A stretch of 64,000 nucleotides of DNA, taken from NCBI GenBank assembly GCA_965261085.1, contig OZ253442.1, forward strand, positions 1,792,001 through 1,856,000, given 5' to 3'. Below are positions 27,727 to 38,962 of this stretch, piece after piece. Origin of the DNA: a bacterium (GTDB lineage: Bacteria; UBA8248). The position numbers and the translations under genes are program-made. Numbering within the stretch: the first letter of the stretch is position 1; each line of letters opens with the position of its first letter. Under the pieces are notes generated by a model. That model saw only the letters and a list, made by a program, of their open reading frames with translations. It had not been told where the DNA came from and searched no databases.

Positions 27727-28446
27727 ATGAGCATGTATGAAATCATCGATCTGAGCCAGGAAATCTACACCGGCGCACCCCGGTTTCCCGGGCATCCGGC
27801 GACGACGATCGAATACGTCGCCAGGCACGAAGACGCGGCCAACGCGCCGATTCGGCCCAAGGACATCACCTATGCGGCCATGATGCTCCACATGTGCGAC
27901 CACGGGCCGACACATACCGATTCAGTGAGCCATATCGATGAACGCGAAACGGCTCCGAACATCGATCAGGCACCGCTCGAGTGGTTCATCACCCGGGCGA
28001 TTGCGCTGGACTTCACGGGCAAGGTGGAGCCGATGGAGGAGATTTCCTTGCAGTTGCTGCAGGATGAGCTTTCGGCGGCGAACCTGACGCCGCCCAAAGA
28101 CGGCACGCTTCTTTTCACGGGCGGGCATTTCAAGCGCACTTATCCTACGGACGATTATCTCACCACGTACCCGGGCTTGGGGTATGACGCCGCGAACTTC
28201 CTCTATCGCGAATGCGGCGTGGTGAATATCGGCCAGGATGCGCCCAGCATCGACGCCGGCGTGAACACCACGGAACTGACGTTTCCCTGCCATGTGCTTT
28301 GCCGGGAGCTTCAGCGCCACAACACGGAAAATCTGGCGAATATCGAAGCGGTGGCGGGGAAGGAGTTTCTCTACGTGGGGCTCCCACTGAAAATTCGCGC
28401 AGGCACGGGCTCTCCCGTGCGCGCCGTCGCCGTGATGAACCTTTGA
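27727..28446 (+). CDS. Cyclase family (kynurenine formamidase-like) metal hydrolase
   Basis: IIDLSQ, HGPTHTDS (HxGTHxD variant), ENLAN and PLKIRAGTGSPVRAVA motifs. Confidence 0.88.
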   Translation: MSMYEIIDLSQEIYTGAPRFPGHPATTIEYVARHEDAANAPIRPKDITYAAMMLHMCDHGPTHTDSVSHIDERETAPNIDQAPLEWFITRAIALDFTGKVEPMEEISLQLLQDELSAANLTPPKDGTLLFTGGHFKRTYPTDDYLTTYPGLGYDAANFLYRECGVVNIGQDAPSIDAGVNTTELTFPCHVLCRELQRHNTENLANIEAVAGKEFLYVGLPLKIRAGTGSPVRAVAVMNL

Positions 28447-28570
28447 GCAAACGGTGGCATTCTCGCCTTCATCATGAGTCTGTTGAGGGCGAGAAACTCT
28501 CGAATCATTTTGCCGCCATCATGGTTGTTCCAACGAGAGGGATTCTCGTTTCGTGAGGTGATTCAGGAAA

Positions 28571-28921
28571 ATGCCGAAGGCAGTGGATTGGTATTATCAT
28601 CGATCCGGCTGAAAGACTTGCGCTAAAACGCAAGCGTTTCTTGCGGATAAAGGTATCGGGGTGTCCGAGCAGGCCAGCTCCAAAAAAGACGTGGTGGATG
28701 AAGGCAACGTCGATTCTGTTCTGGATGGCGTGGCGGATGTGTATTCGACCAGGGGCAGAAAGGTGATTCACCTGAATATCGAAGATAAAAAACCTGCGCG
28801 AGAAGACGTGCTGGCTCTTTTGATGGGTCGTTCAGGCACGCTCAGAGCCCCTGTCATCAAACACCAAAGCACCCTCATCGTCGGCTTCGATGAAGAAACA
28901 TACGCACAGGTTTTGACGTAA
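28571..28921 (+). CDS. ArsC/Spx-like thioredoxin-fold selenoprotein (U-x-x-C)
   Basis: ATG 28571 gives MPKAVDWYYHRSG-UGA(28610-28612)-KTCAKTQAFL, in frame with the 28661 ORF. C-terminal GTLRAPVI...LIVGFDEE is ArsC-family-like. SECIS-like hairpin follows the UGA. Confidence 0.85.
28629..28645 (+). promoter_or_regulatory. SECIS-like hairpin
   Basis: CGCAAG-CGTTT-CTTGCG; the loop starts 22 nt after the UGA and has G-U at loop positions 2-3. Confidence 0.55.
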
Positions 28922-28937
28922 ATCTTATCTGGGCGAC

Positions 28938-30392
28938 TTAGAGGGCCAACTGGCCCTGGGTGGGCTCTGCTCAGCAAAACCACGATTCGCTCAAACGAGG
29001 CGGGCGGATTCGATCGGGCGCAAAAACGGCTTTTGCCTGCGCCTGGTCGGGGCGCTCCAGAATATCGGCCGCCAATTCGCGAATCCTCATGAATGTTGTG
29101 GCGGCATCCTCAAGGCGTGCAGCCGCATCTTCAGCGAGGATGAGCGCTTCTTCGTGCAGTTTGTCCATTCTCGCGTCCGGATGATCCCAGCGGTAGATGA
29201 AATTCTGGGCGTCGAGCTCTTTGATGTATCCCTCCATCTGTGTGGAGCCGAGTAAATCGGAACCGGGCGGCACCAGAAGCCTTATGGCCATTTGAATCGG
29301 GTCGACCTCGTCGATTAAGGCGTAGTCTTCGATAAAATCCAGTAAATCAAAATAATCCTGGTCGGTTGTCCAAGGCGTGAATGCGACCAGGGATGGTCTG
29401 ATGGAAACATTCGCCTCCCGGGCGGCTTTCACCACGCGAAAGACGTCTTCCCTGTTGTGTCCTTTGTCCAGATGAGCGAGCACGAGGTCGCTCAAGGACT
29501 CCACCGCTGTGACGAAAAACGCGCACCCGTTTTCCCGGAATTCAGGCAGAAGAGCCTCATGTTTGATCAGGTGCTCTATTTTGGCCGTAAAATCGAAGGA
29601 AAGGGCGGGGAATCTCTCGTGTAAGGCGCGAGCGACTCGAATCGCATGAGACGGGCCGTTCAGAAAATCGGGATCCGCAAAGGTGATGTGGCGCGCGCCT
29701 TGCGCGGCCAAATCTTCGATATCCTCCAGAACCTTCTCTTGGGGCACGATGAAGAAACGGCCTTCATACACTGGCGGAATGGGGCAATGGAGGCACAAGT
29801 GCTTGCAGCCCCGGCTCGCCTCGACGGCCCCGGCGGGATAGTGGTTCTCCCCGCTTATGAGATGCGCGTATGCCTCAAGCGCGGGCAATCCCCTTCGTTC
29901 GGGCTTGAGCAAGGGAATTTTTTCGAGATACGGGCCCGATGTGTGCTCTCTCGTGGCCGCGCCCGGAACCTGGGTGACTTTGGAGGATTGGGACAGCTCC
30001 TGAACGAGCTTGACGAGCGGCCATTCGAACTCTCCACCTATGGCCGAATCCGCGCCGTTTTCGAGAAGATAGTCCTTGTTGAGCAGGCCATAGAGGCCAT
30101 AAAAGCAAATATGGCATTTCGGATTCGTCTCACGTATTTTCGCCGCCACTTCTACGCCGAGCCTGAGCGCCGTGTGCATCGGTACGCTGATGCCGACGAA
30201 TTTCGCATTCGCTATTTTCTCTTGGGAGAAATCCTCCGCCGCCACGTCCATCGCCCAGGGCTGAAAGCCCGCTTCGCGCAAAAAAGCCAGGGGAGAGGCG
30301 ACGGCAATGGGCTGGTGTCCCAACTCGTAGCAGGAGATGAGAACGACGGCGCCGGGTGATTGCCACTTGGATGTCTTATCGTTTCGACTCAC
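28938..30392 (-). CDS. CUAEP/CCAEP-tail radical SAM selenoprotein
   Basis: CKHLCLHC radical SAM motif and N-terminal ISCYELGHQP. After SESWFC the UGA (28973-28971) continues as AEPTQGQLAL-TAA, giving a C-U-A-E-P tail. Confidence 0.88.
28942..28957 (-). promoter_or_regulatory. SECIS-like hairpin
   Basis: Minus strand AGGGCC-AGTT-GGCCCT; the loop starts 19 nt after the UGA and has G-U at loop positions 2-3. Confidence 0.6.
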
Positions 30393-30414
30393 GGCGAATT
30401 CTCTCGGTAGCCAT

Positions 30415-30447
30415 AAAAAAAGCCCCGGACTTATGACGCCCGGGGCT
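30415..30447 (-). terminator. Rho-independent terminator after the iscA/erpA-like gene
   Basis: AGCCCCGG...CCGGGGCT stem with a run of T residues on the minus strand. Confidence 0.7.
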
Positions 30448-30464
30448 CGTAAGGCATTGTTTCA

Positions 30465-30848
30465 TCAAGTGGTGAAAGATTTGCCGCAACCGCACATGCT
30501 CATGGCGTTGGGGTTGTTGATCTTGAAGCCCGAGCCTTGGAGGCCATCGACGAAATCAATTTCCGTTCCCGCGATGACGGGATAGCTCTGGGGGTCCACG
30601 AACACGTCGAGCCCATTGGCGGAGAATACCTTATCTTCCGGATTGGCGGATTCCTCGAAATAAAGGCCATAGTTGTAACCGGAGCACCCGCCTGCGGTGA
30701 CGGCCAGGCGCAGGCCGTAGCCGGTTTTTCCTTCCGCTTCCAGAATCTCGGCCACCTTGCCGTTGGCGGTCAGCGTAACCGAAATGCCTTCAATGGCTTG
30801 CGGTTTCTTTTGAGATTGATCGAATAAATTGATCGTTCCATCCGTCAT
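30465..30848 (-). CDS. A-type iron-sulfur cluster carrier (IscA/ErpA/HesB family)
   Basis: GGCSG and NPNA...CGCGKSF motifs; ATG 30848 has an AAGGAG RBS. Confidence 0.93.
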   Translation of the reverse strand: MTDGTINLFDQSQKKPQAIEGISVTLTANGKVAEILEAEGKTGYGLRLAVTAGGCSGYNYGLYFEESANPEDKVFSANGLDVFVDPQSYPVIAGTEIDFVDGLQGSGFKINNPNAMSMCGCGKSFTT

Positions 30849-31068
30849 CTGTTGTTTCTCCTTGACCTTGATGAGGGCCATTGAAATTTGTTTTTGTCTC
30901 TACAGTTTTGAATATTACTCTTTTTTTGTTTTTTTGCAAAGTCTTAAAACCCATATATCCTTGAAATGTGGGCTTGTTTACGGAGGAAACCGCCTTTTCC
31001 CCGCCGAGTGAGCGGGGGCTTTCCTGTACAAGGGCTGAATATTTCTGCATATTTTGTTATTATAAAAC

Positions 31069-31097
31069 TTGACAATAATAGACTAAGATAATATATT
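31069..31097 (+). promoter_or_regulatory. Sigma70 promoter of the clpB-dnaK cluster
   Basis: TTGACA (31069-31074), 17 nt spacer, TATATT (31092-31097), in an AT-rich intergenic region. Confidence 0.6.
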
Positions 31098-31224
31098 TTT
31101 CTTGTGTCAGGAGCCTTGGCCGCCTCCGCCATGCGGAATTGACGAGGTTTTCGGCGCCGAGAAATTTATGGAAATTTATCGAATTTTTCATAAATTTTCA
31201 CATAAAAATCCGGAGCACACGTTC

Positions 31225-33855
<2,631 letters not shown>

Positions 33856-33963
33856 ATGCTAGCGGATGCGGATGCACCTTTCCATTCCGCGTCCATGAGA
33901 GCGAACAGACTTGGAACTTGGTTGAAAAATTTTGATTGTTATTCCCGATAAGGAGAAAGGTTG

Positions 33964-35877
33964 ATGTCGAAAGTAATCGGAATCGATTTGGGTACCACCA
34001 ACTCGGTCGTCTCGGTCATGGAGGGTGGGCAGCCTACGGTCATTTCCAACCAGGAGGGGAACCGCACGACGCCCAGCGTCGTCGCGTTCACCGACGATGG
34101 AGAGAAACTCGTCGGTCTCGTGGCCAAGCGCCAGGCGGTGACGAACCCGACCAGGACCATCTATTCCGTCAAGCGCTTCATGGGCAGGCGTTTCGCCGAG
34201 GTGCCCGAAGAAGTCACCATCGTTCCCTACGAGGTCGTGAAATCGGACAACGGCGCCGCGCGCATCAAAATCGACGGCAAGGAACACGCCCCTCCCGAGA
34301 TATCTGCGAGCGTGCTGCAAAAGCTCAAGCAGGCCGCGGAGGATTATCTGGGCGAGAAGGTGAACGAGGCGGTCGTCACGGTGCCCGCGTATTTCAACGA
34401 CAGCCAGCGCCAGGCGACGAAGGACGCCGGGAAAATCGCCGGCCTCGACGTGAAGCGCATCATCAACGAGCCGACGGCCGCCGCTCTCGCCTACGGACTC
34501 GACAAGAAGACGGATCAGACCATCGCGGTATATGACTTCGGCGGCGGCACGTTCGACATCTCCATCCTCGAGGTGGGAGACAACGTGGTCGAGGTGAAGG
34601 CCACGAACGGCGATACGCATCTGGGCGGCGACAACATCGACCACCGGATCATCGAGTGGATGGCGGAGGAGTTCAAAAAAGATCAGGGAATCGACATCTC
34701 GGGCGACCCGATGGCGCTTCAGCGCCTGCGCGAGGAATCCGAAAAGGCGAAGATCGAACTGTCGAGCTCGATGGAGACGTCCATCAACCTGCCGTTCATC
34801 ACGGCGGACGCCTCGGGTCCCAAGCACCTGAACTTGAAGCTCACGCGCGCGAAACTCGATCAGTTGATCGGCGATCTGGTCGAGAAGACGCTGGCTCCCT
34901 GCCGCCGCGCGCTCGATGACGCGAAGCTCCAGCCCGGAGACATCGACGAGGTGGTGCTGGTGGGCGGTTCGACGCGGATGCCGCTGGTGCAGCAGACGGT
35001 GGAGAAATTTTTCGGGAAAGAGCCCCACAAGGGCGTGAATCCCGACGAGGTGGTGGCGGTAGGCGCGGGTGTTCAGGGCGGCGTGCTCGCCGGAGACGTC
35101 AAGGACGTTTTGCTGCTGGACGTAACACCGCTCTCTCTGGGCATCGAGACCCTAGGCGGCGTGTTCACCAAGCTGATCGAGCGCAACACGACCATACCGG
35201 TCAAGAAGAGCGAAACCTTCTCCACGGCGGCGGACAACCAGCCCTCCGTCGAGGTGCACGTCCTCCAGGGCGAGCGCGAAATGGCCGGGGGCAACCGCTC
35301 GCTGGGCAAGTTCCACCTGGTCGGCATTCCCCCCGCTCCCCGGGGCGTTCCCCAGGTGGAGGTGACGTTCGACATCGACGCCAACGGCATCGTGAACGTC
35401 TCCGCCAAGGACCTGGGCACCAGCAAGGAGCAGGCGATCACCATCACGAGTTCGAGCGGCCTCTCCGAGGATGAGATCAACAACATGGTGTCCGAGGCGG
35501 ATGAGCACGCCGAGGAGGACAAGAAGCGGCGCGAGGCCGTCGAGGCGAGGAACCTGGCCGACAGCATGGCGTACAACACGGAGAAGATGCTCAAGGAGAA
35601 CGAGGACAAGGTGTCGGCCGAGGACAAGAAAGAGATAGAAGACGCCATCGCCGCGCTCCGGGCGGTTCTGGAGAAAGAGGACGCGACGGCGGATGAAATC
35701 AAAGAAGCGCAAGAAAAACTCGAGGCGGCCTCGCACAAGCTCGCGAAGGCGATGTACGAACAGGCGAGTCAGGCCGGCGCCGCCGGCGCCCCGGAGTCCG
35801 GCGGTGGGGAGAACGGCGCGCCCGCGGACGACGTCGTGGATGCGGAGTTCGAGGAAGTGGATAAGGACAAGCCCTAA
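33964..35877 (+). CDS. dnaK: Molecular chaperone DnaK
   Basis: [32 protein letters not shown] and DAEFEEV motifs. Confidence 0.98.
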   Translation: MSKVIGIDLGTTNSVVSVMEGGQPTVISNQEGNRTTPSVVAFTDDGEKLVGLVAKRQAVTNPTRTIYSVKRFMGRRFAEVPEEVTIVPYEVVKSDNGAARIKIDGKEHAPPEISASVLQKLKQAAEDYLGEKVNEAVVTVPAYFNDSQRQATKDAGKIAGLDVKRIINEPTAAALAYGLDKKTDQTIAVYDFGGGTFDISILEVGDNVVEVKATNGDTHLGGDNIDHRIIEWMAEEFKKDQGIDISGDPMALQRLREESEKAKIELSSSMETSINLPFITADASGPKHLNLKLTRAKLDQLIGDLVEKTLAPCRRALDDAKLQPGDIDEVVLVGGSTRMPLVQQTVEKFFGKEPHKGVNPDEVVAVGAGVQGGVLAGDVKDVLLLDVTPLSLGIETLGGVFTKLIERNTTIPVKKSETFSTAADNQPSVEVHVLQGEREMAGGNRSLGKFHLVGIPPAPRGVPQVEVTFDIDANGIVNVSAKDLGTSKEQAITITSSSGLSEDEINNMVSEADEHAEEDKKRREAVEARNLADSMAYNTEKMLKENEDKVSAEDKKEIEDAIAALRAVLEKEDATADEIKEAQEKLEAASHKLAKAMYEQASQAGAAGAPESGGGENGAPADDVVDAEFEEVDKDKP

Positions 35878-35901
35878 AAGTCTTGCCCGCATGAGGATGG
35901 T

Positions 35902-36840
35902 ATGCCCAAGCGTGATTATTACGAGGTGATGGGAATCGACCGGAGCGCTTCGGAAACGGAACTGAAACGTGTCTTCAAGAAGCTGGCGCGCAAGTATCAC
36001 CCCGACGTCAACCCGGGGGATGCCAAGGCGGAGGAGCGCTTCAAGGAAATCAGCGAGGCGTACGCCGTCCTCTCAGACTCGGATAAGCGCAGGAAATATG
36101 ACGCCATGGGACATGCCGCCTTCGGCGGGGGCAGCCCCTGGGGCGAGGGCGCGCCCCCCGGAATGGAAGACATCCTGCGCGATATTTTCGGCGGAGTTTT
36201 CGGCGGCGCGCGCGGCGGGGCGGGGCGCGGCGGCTTCCACGCGCAGCCCCAGGCCCCCCGGCGGGGTCAGGACGTGAATTACTCGATGGAGATTGGTTTC
36301 GACGATTCCCTGAAGGGGCTCAACACCACCATCACCGTGCCCAAGACCATGCACGAGAATGGGAAAATCCGGCACACCACGGAGCGCATTCAGGTGAAGA
36401 TACCGCCCGGCGTCTCGAACGGCTCGCGCATCCGTCTGGCGGGCAAGGGAGAAGCCTCCCTGAACGGGGGGCCGCAGGGGGACCTCTTCATCGTCACGAA
36501 GGTGCGGGAGCATCCTTTCTTCGAGCGAAAAGGGAATAATCTGTATCTCGATCTTCCCGTCAGCCTCGGCGAGGCGCTGCTGGGCGCGCGCGTGGAGATC
36601 AACACCTTCGAGGGGGTGACGAAGATGACGATTCCCCCCTCGACCCAGAACGCCCAGGTTTTCAGGCTTTCGGGAAAGGGCGCTCCGAAGCTCAAGGGCT
36701 CGGGCAAGGGCGATTTGTTCGTCAGGGTCCAGGTCTTGCTGCCGGAGAAGATGGATGAGGAAAGCAAGGAAATGGTCCGCGAACTCGAACGGCGCAACCC
36801 CACGTCGCCGCGGGCGAAAATGACCGGCGTGAGTCTATAG
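35902..36840 (+). CDS. DnaJ-class co-chaperone without zinc finger (CbpA-like)
   Basis: J domain with HPD, G/F-rich region and C-terminal domain; no CxxCxGxG repeats. Confidence 0.9.
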   Translation: MPKRDYYEVMGIDRSASETELKRVFKKLARKYHPDVNPGDAKAEERFKEISEAYAVLSDSDKRRKYDAMGHAAFGGGSPWGEGAPPGMEDILRDIFGGVFGGARGGAGRGGFHAQPQAPRRGQDVNYSMEIGFDDSLKGLNTTITVPKTMHENGKIRHTTERIQVKIPPGVSNGSRIRLAGKGEASLNGGPQGDLFIVTKVREHPFFERKGNNLYLDLPVSLGEALLGARVEINTFEGVTKMTIPPSTQNAQVFRLSGKGAPKLKGSGKGDLFVRVQVLLPEKMDEESKEMVRELERRNPTSPRAKMTGVSL

Positions 36841-36905
36841 GTATGTACGGATGCAGGTACGGGCGGGAGTGGACGATATGATGATGGTGGGATCCGGAGA
36901 AGGCA

Positions 36906-37313
36906 ATGGCGCGTAGAAGCGTGAGAAACGGGCGCTACACCATCAGCGCGGTGGCCGAGATGTTCGGGGTTCATCAGCAGACGCTCAGGATGTACGAGCG
37001 CGAGGGCCTCATCGAGCCGGACCGCAGCGAGGGCAGGACGCGCTATTACTCCGAAGATGACCTGGAGCGGCTCGAAATTATCATGGCGCTTACGAGGGAC
37101 ATGGGCGTGAATCTGGCGGGCGTGCAGGTCATCATCGAGCTTCGCGAGAAGCTCATGCGCGCGCTCGATCGCCTGGGTGAATTCGAGGAATTACTCGAGA
37201 GTCAGGCGTTCGAGGATTTACGCGAGCGGATGAACAACGCGACGCCGGATATGCAGGCCATGATCCCTGCGTTCTCCGCCAAACTCGTGCGTGTCAGGAG
37301 GAGACGGGCATGA
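36906..37313 (+). CDS. hspR: MerR family heat-shock repressor HspR
   Basis: [25 protein letters not shown]...TRYYS...GVNLAGV; lies inside the dnaK cluster. Confidence 0.85.
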   Translation: MARRSVRNGRYTISAVAEMFGVHQQTLRMYEREGLIEPDRSEGRTRYYSEDDLERLEIIMALTRDMGVNLAGVQVIIELREKLMRALDRLGEFEELLESQAFEDLRERMNNATPDMQAMIPAFSAKLVRVRRRRA

Positions 37314-38170
37314 GCACGAATTCCATCAAATCCTTTTTACTGCTCGGTTTGTTGACGGGGCTGATTCTGCTCATCGGGAATCTGGTCGGCGGCACGACCG
37401 GGTTGGTCATCGCCCTGGTGCTGGCCGTGGGGATCAATGGATACAGCTATTGGTATTCGGACAAAATGGTTCTCGCCAGCACGGGCGCGAGCGAGGTGCT
37501 TCCCGAACACGCGCCGGAACTCTACGGCATGGTGGCGGACCTGGCGCGGCGCGCGAACCTGCCCATGCCGCGCGTATACGTCATTCCCGAGAGTGCGCCG
37601 AACGCCTTCGCCACGGGCAGAAACCCCGAGAACGCCGCCGTCGCCTTCACCGAGGGGCTTTTGCGGGACCTGAACCGCGAGGAACTCGAAGGCGTGGCCG
37701 CGCACGAACTCGCCCACATCAAAAATCGGGACATTCTTCTGAGCACCATCGCCGCCTCCCTGGCGGGCGCCATCATGTATCTCGCGCATATGGCGCAGTT
37801 CGCCGCGTTTTTCGGCGCCTACGGCAGGGGCGACGATGAGGAGGGCGGTGGCGGAGGCTTGCTGGGAATCATCGTCGCCGCGATAGTGGCTCCCATTGCG
37901 GCGACGCTCCTTCAGATGGCGGTGAGCCGCTCGCGCGAGTATCTTGCCGACGCCACGGGCGCGCAAATCGTGGGCACGCCGGTCGGGCTGGCGAACGCCC
38001 TGCATCGCCTGGATGAGGCCTCACGTCGTGAGGAACTCCACTGCGCGAGCGAGGCGACGGCCCATATGTATATCGTCAACCCGCTATCGGGCGGGGGTAT
38101 GGCGAGTCTTTTCAGCACGCACCCGCCGATGGAGGAGAGGATTCGGCGGTTGATGGAAATGAGATACTAG
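37310..38170 (+). CDS. htpX: Zinc metalloprotease HtpX
   Basis: [21 protein letters not shown] and FSTHPP motifs. Confidence 0.95.
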   Translation: MSTNSIKSFLLLGLLTGLILLIGNLVGGTTGLVIALVLAVGINGYSYWYSDKMVLASTGASEVLPEHAPELYGMVADLARRANLPMPRVYVIPESAPNAFATGRNPENAAVAFTEGLLRDLNREELEGVAAHELAHIKNRDILLSTIAASLAGAIMYLAHMAQFAAFFGAYGRGDDEEGGGGGLLGIIVAAIVAPIAATLLQMAVSRSREYLADATGAQIVGTPVGLANALHRLDEASRREELHCASEATAHMYIVNPLSGGGMASLFSTHPPMEERIRRLMEMRY

Positions 38171-38192
38171 GTATTTGGGAGGAAGTCGTTTC

Positions 38193-38885
38193 ATGAAAGC
38201 GAAGGATGTGAAAGTCGAGACGGGCAAGGGGGAAGGGGTGAAGGCCGAAGCCGCAGAGCCGGTGGATGAAGGCCGCGCGGAAGAGGAAGCCAAGGAGAAG
38301 CCGCGCGTCGTGGACAGGCGGCGCGTCCGCGAAGACGGCGAGGTGAGCGAGGAGGGGGCCGGGGAGACCGAAGAGACCCCGCGCGTGCCCGCCTACGTGG
38401 AGCAGCTCCAGGCGAAGGTCGCCGCCGCCGAGGAGAAGCTCAGAGAGCACATCGATAAAATCGACAAGGAGACGGCCGATTTCAGGGCCCGGCAGGAGCG
38501 CGAGATGGAGCGCAGGACCCGGGAGGTGAAAAAACAGGCCGTATCGGGCTTTTTGAGCATCGCCGATGATCTGGCGCGCGCCACGGCGGCCGTGGACGGC
38601 GGCGCTTCCAAGGGGGAGGAGGGCGGAGTTCTCGAAACCCTGGTGCAGGGGGTGCGGATGATTCAGGGCCGGTTCTTTCAGGAACTCTCGAACCTGGGGG
38701 TGGAGCCTCTCTCTGCGATGGGCGTCGCCTTCAACCCCGAAGAGCACGAGGCGGTGCGCATGGTCGAGGTGAGCGAAGAGGCGCTAGACGGCATGGTGGT
38801 GGAGGAACTGGCTTGCGGCTATAGGCTGGGCGACGCGGTTCTAAGACCCGCGCGCGTCTCGGTGGGCAAGTATGCGGGCGAATAG
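38193..38885 (+). CDS. grpE: Nucleotide exchange factor GrpE
   Basis: Coiled coil, DDLARA, FNPEEHEAV and GYRLGDAVLRPARVSV motifs. Confidence 0.9.
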   Translation: MKAKDVKVETGKGEGVKAEAAEPVDEGRAEEEAKEKPRVVDRRRVREDGEVSEEGAGETEETPRVPAYVEQLQAKVAAAEEKLREHIDKIDKETADFRARQEREMERRTREVKKQAVSGFLSIADDLARATAAVDGGASKGEEGGVLETLVQGVRMIQGRFFQELSNLGVEPLSAMGVAFNPEEHEAVRMVEVSEEALDGMVVEELACGYRLGDAVLRPARVSVGKYAGE

Positions 38886-38962
38886 TCGGTCTCGCGCCCT
38901 TGTACCAGATTCGTGCTCATAGTATCGTCGCGTGTTTTCGATTTTCGGGGTGAAGGGAAAGC

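Noticed and set aside
30465-30848. Further selenoproteins (IscA/HesB gene, DUF836 glutaredoxin, molybdoenzyme ligand)
   Set aside because: All relevant positions are Cys codons, and their stop codons fall at the expected family C-termini.
30850-31224. CIRCE element upstream of the chaperone cluster
   Set aside because: No TTAGCACTC-N9-GAGTGCTAA match seen and no hrcA in the window.
33859-35028. 389 aa ORF antisense to dnaK (and 35152-36000)
   Set aside because: Well-known shadow ORF on the dnaK antisense strand, often mis-annotated as NAD-specific glutamate dehydrogenase; explained by high-GC codon bias.
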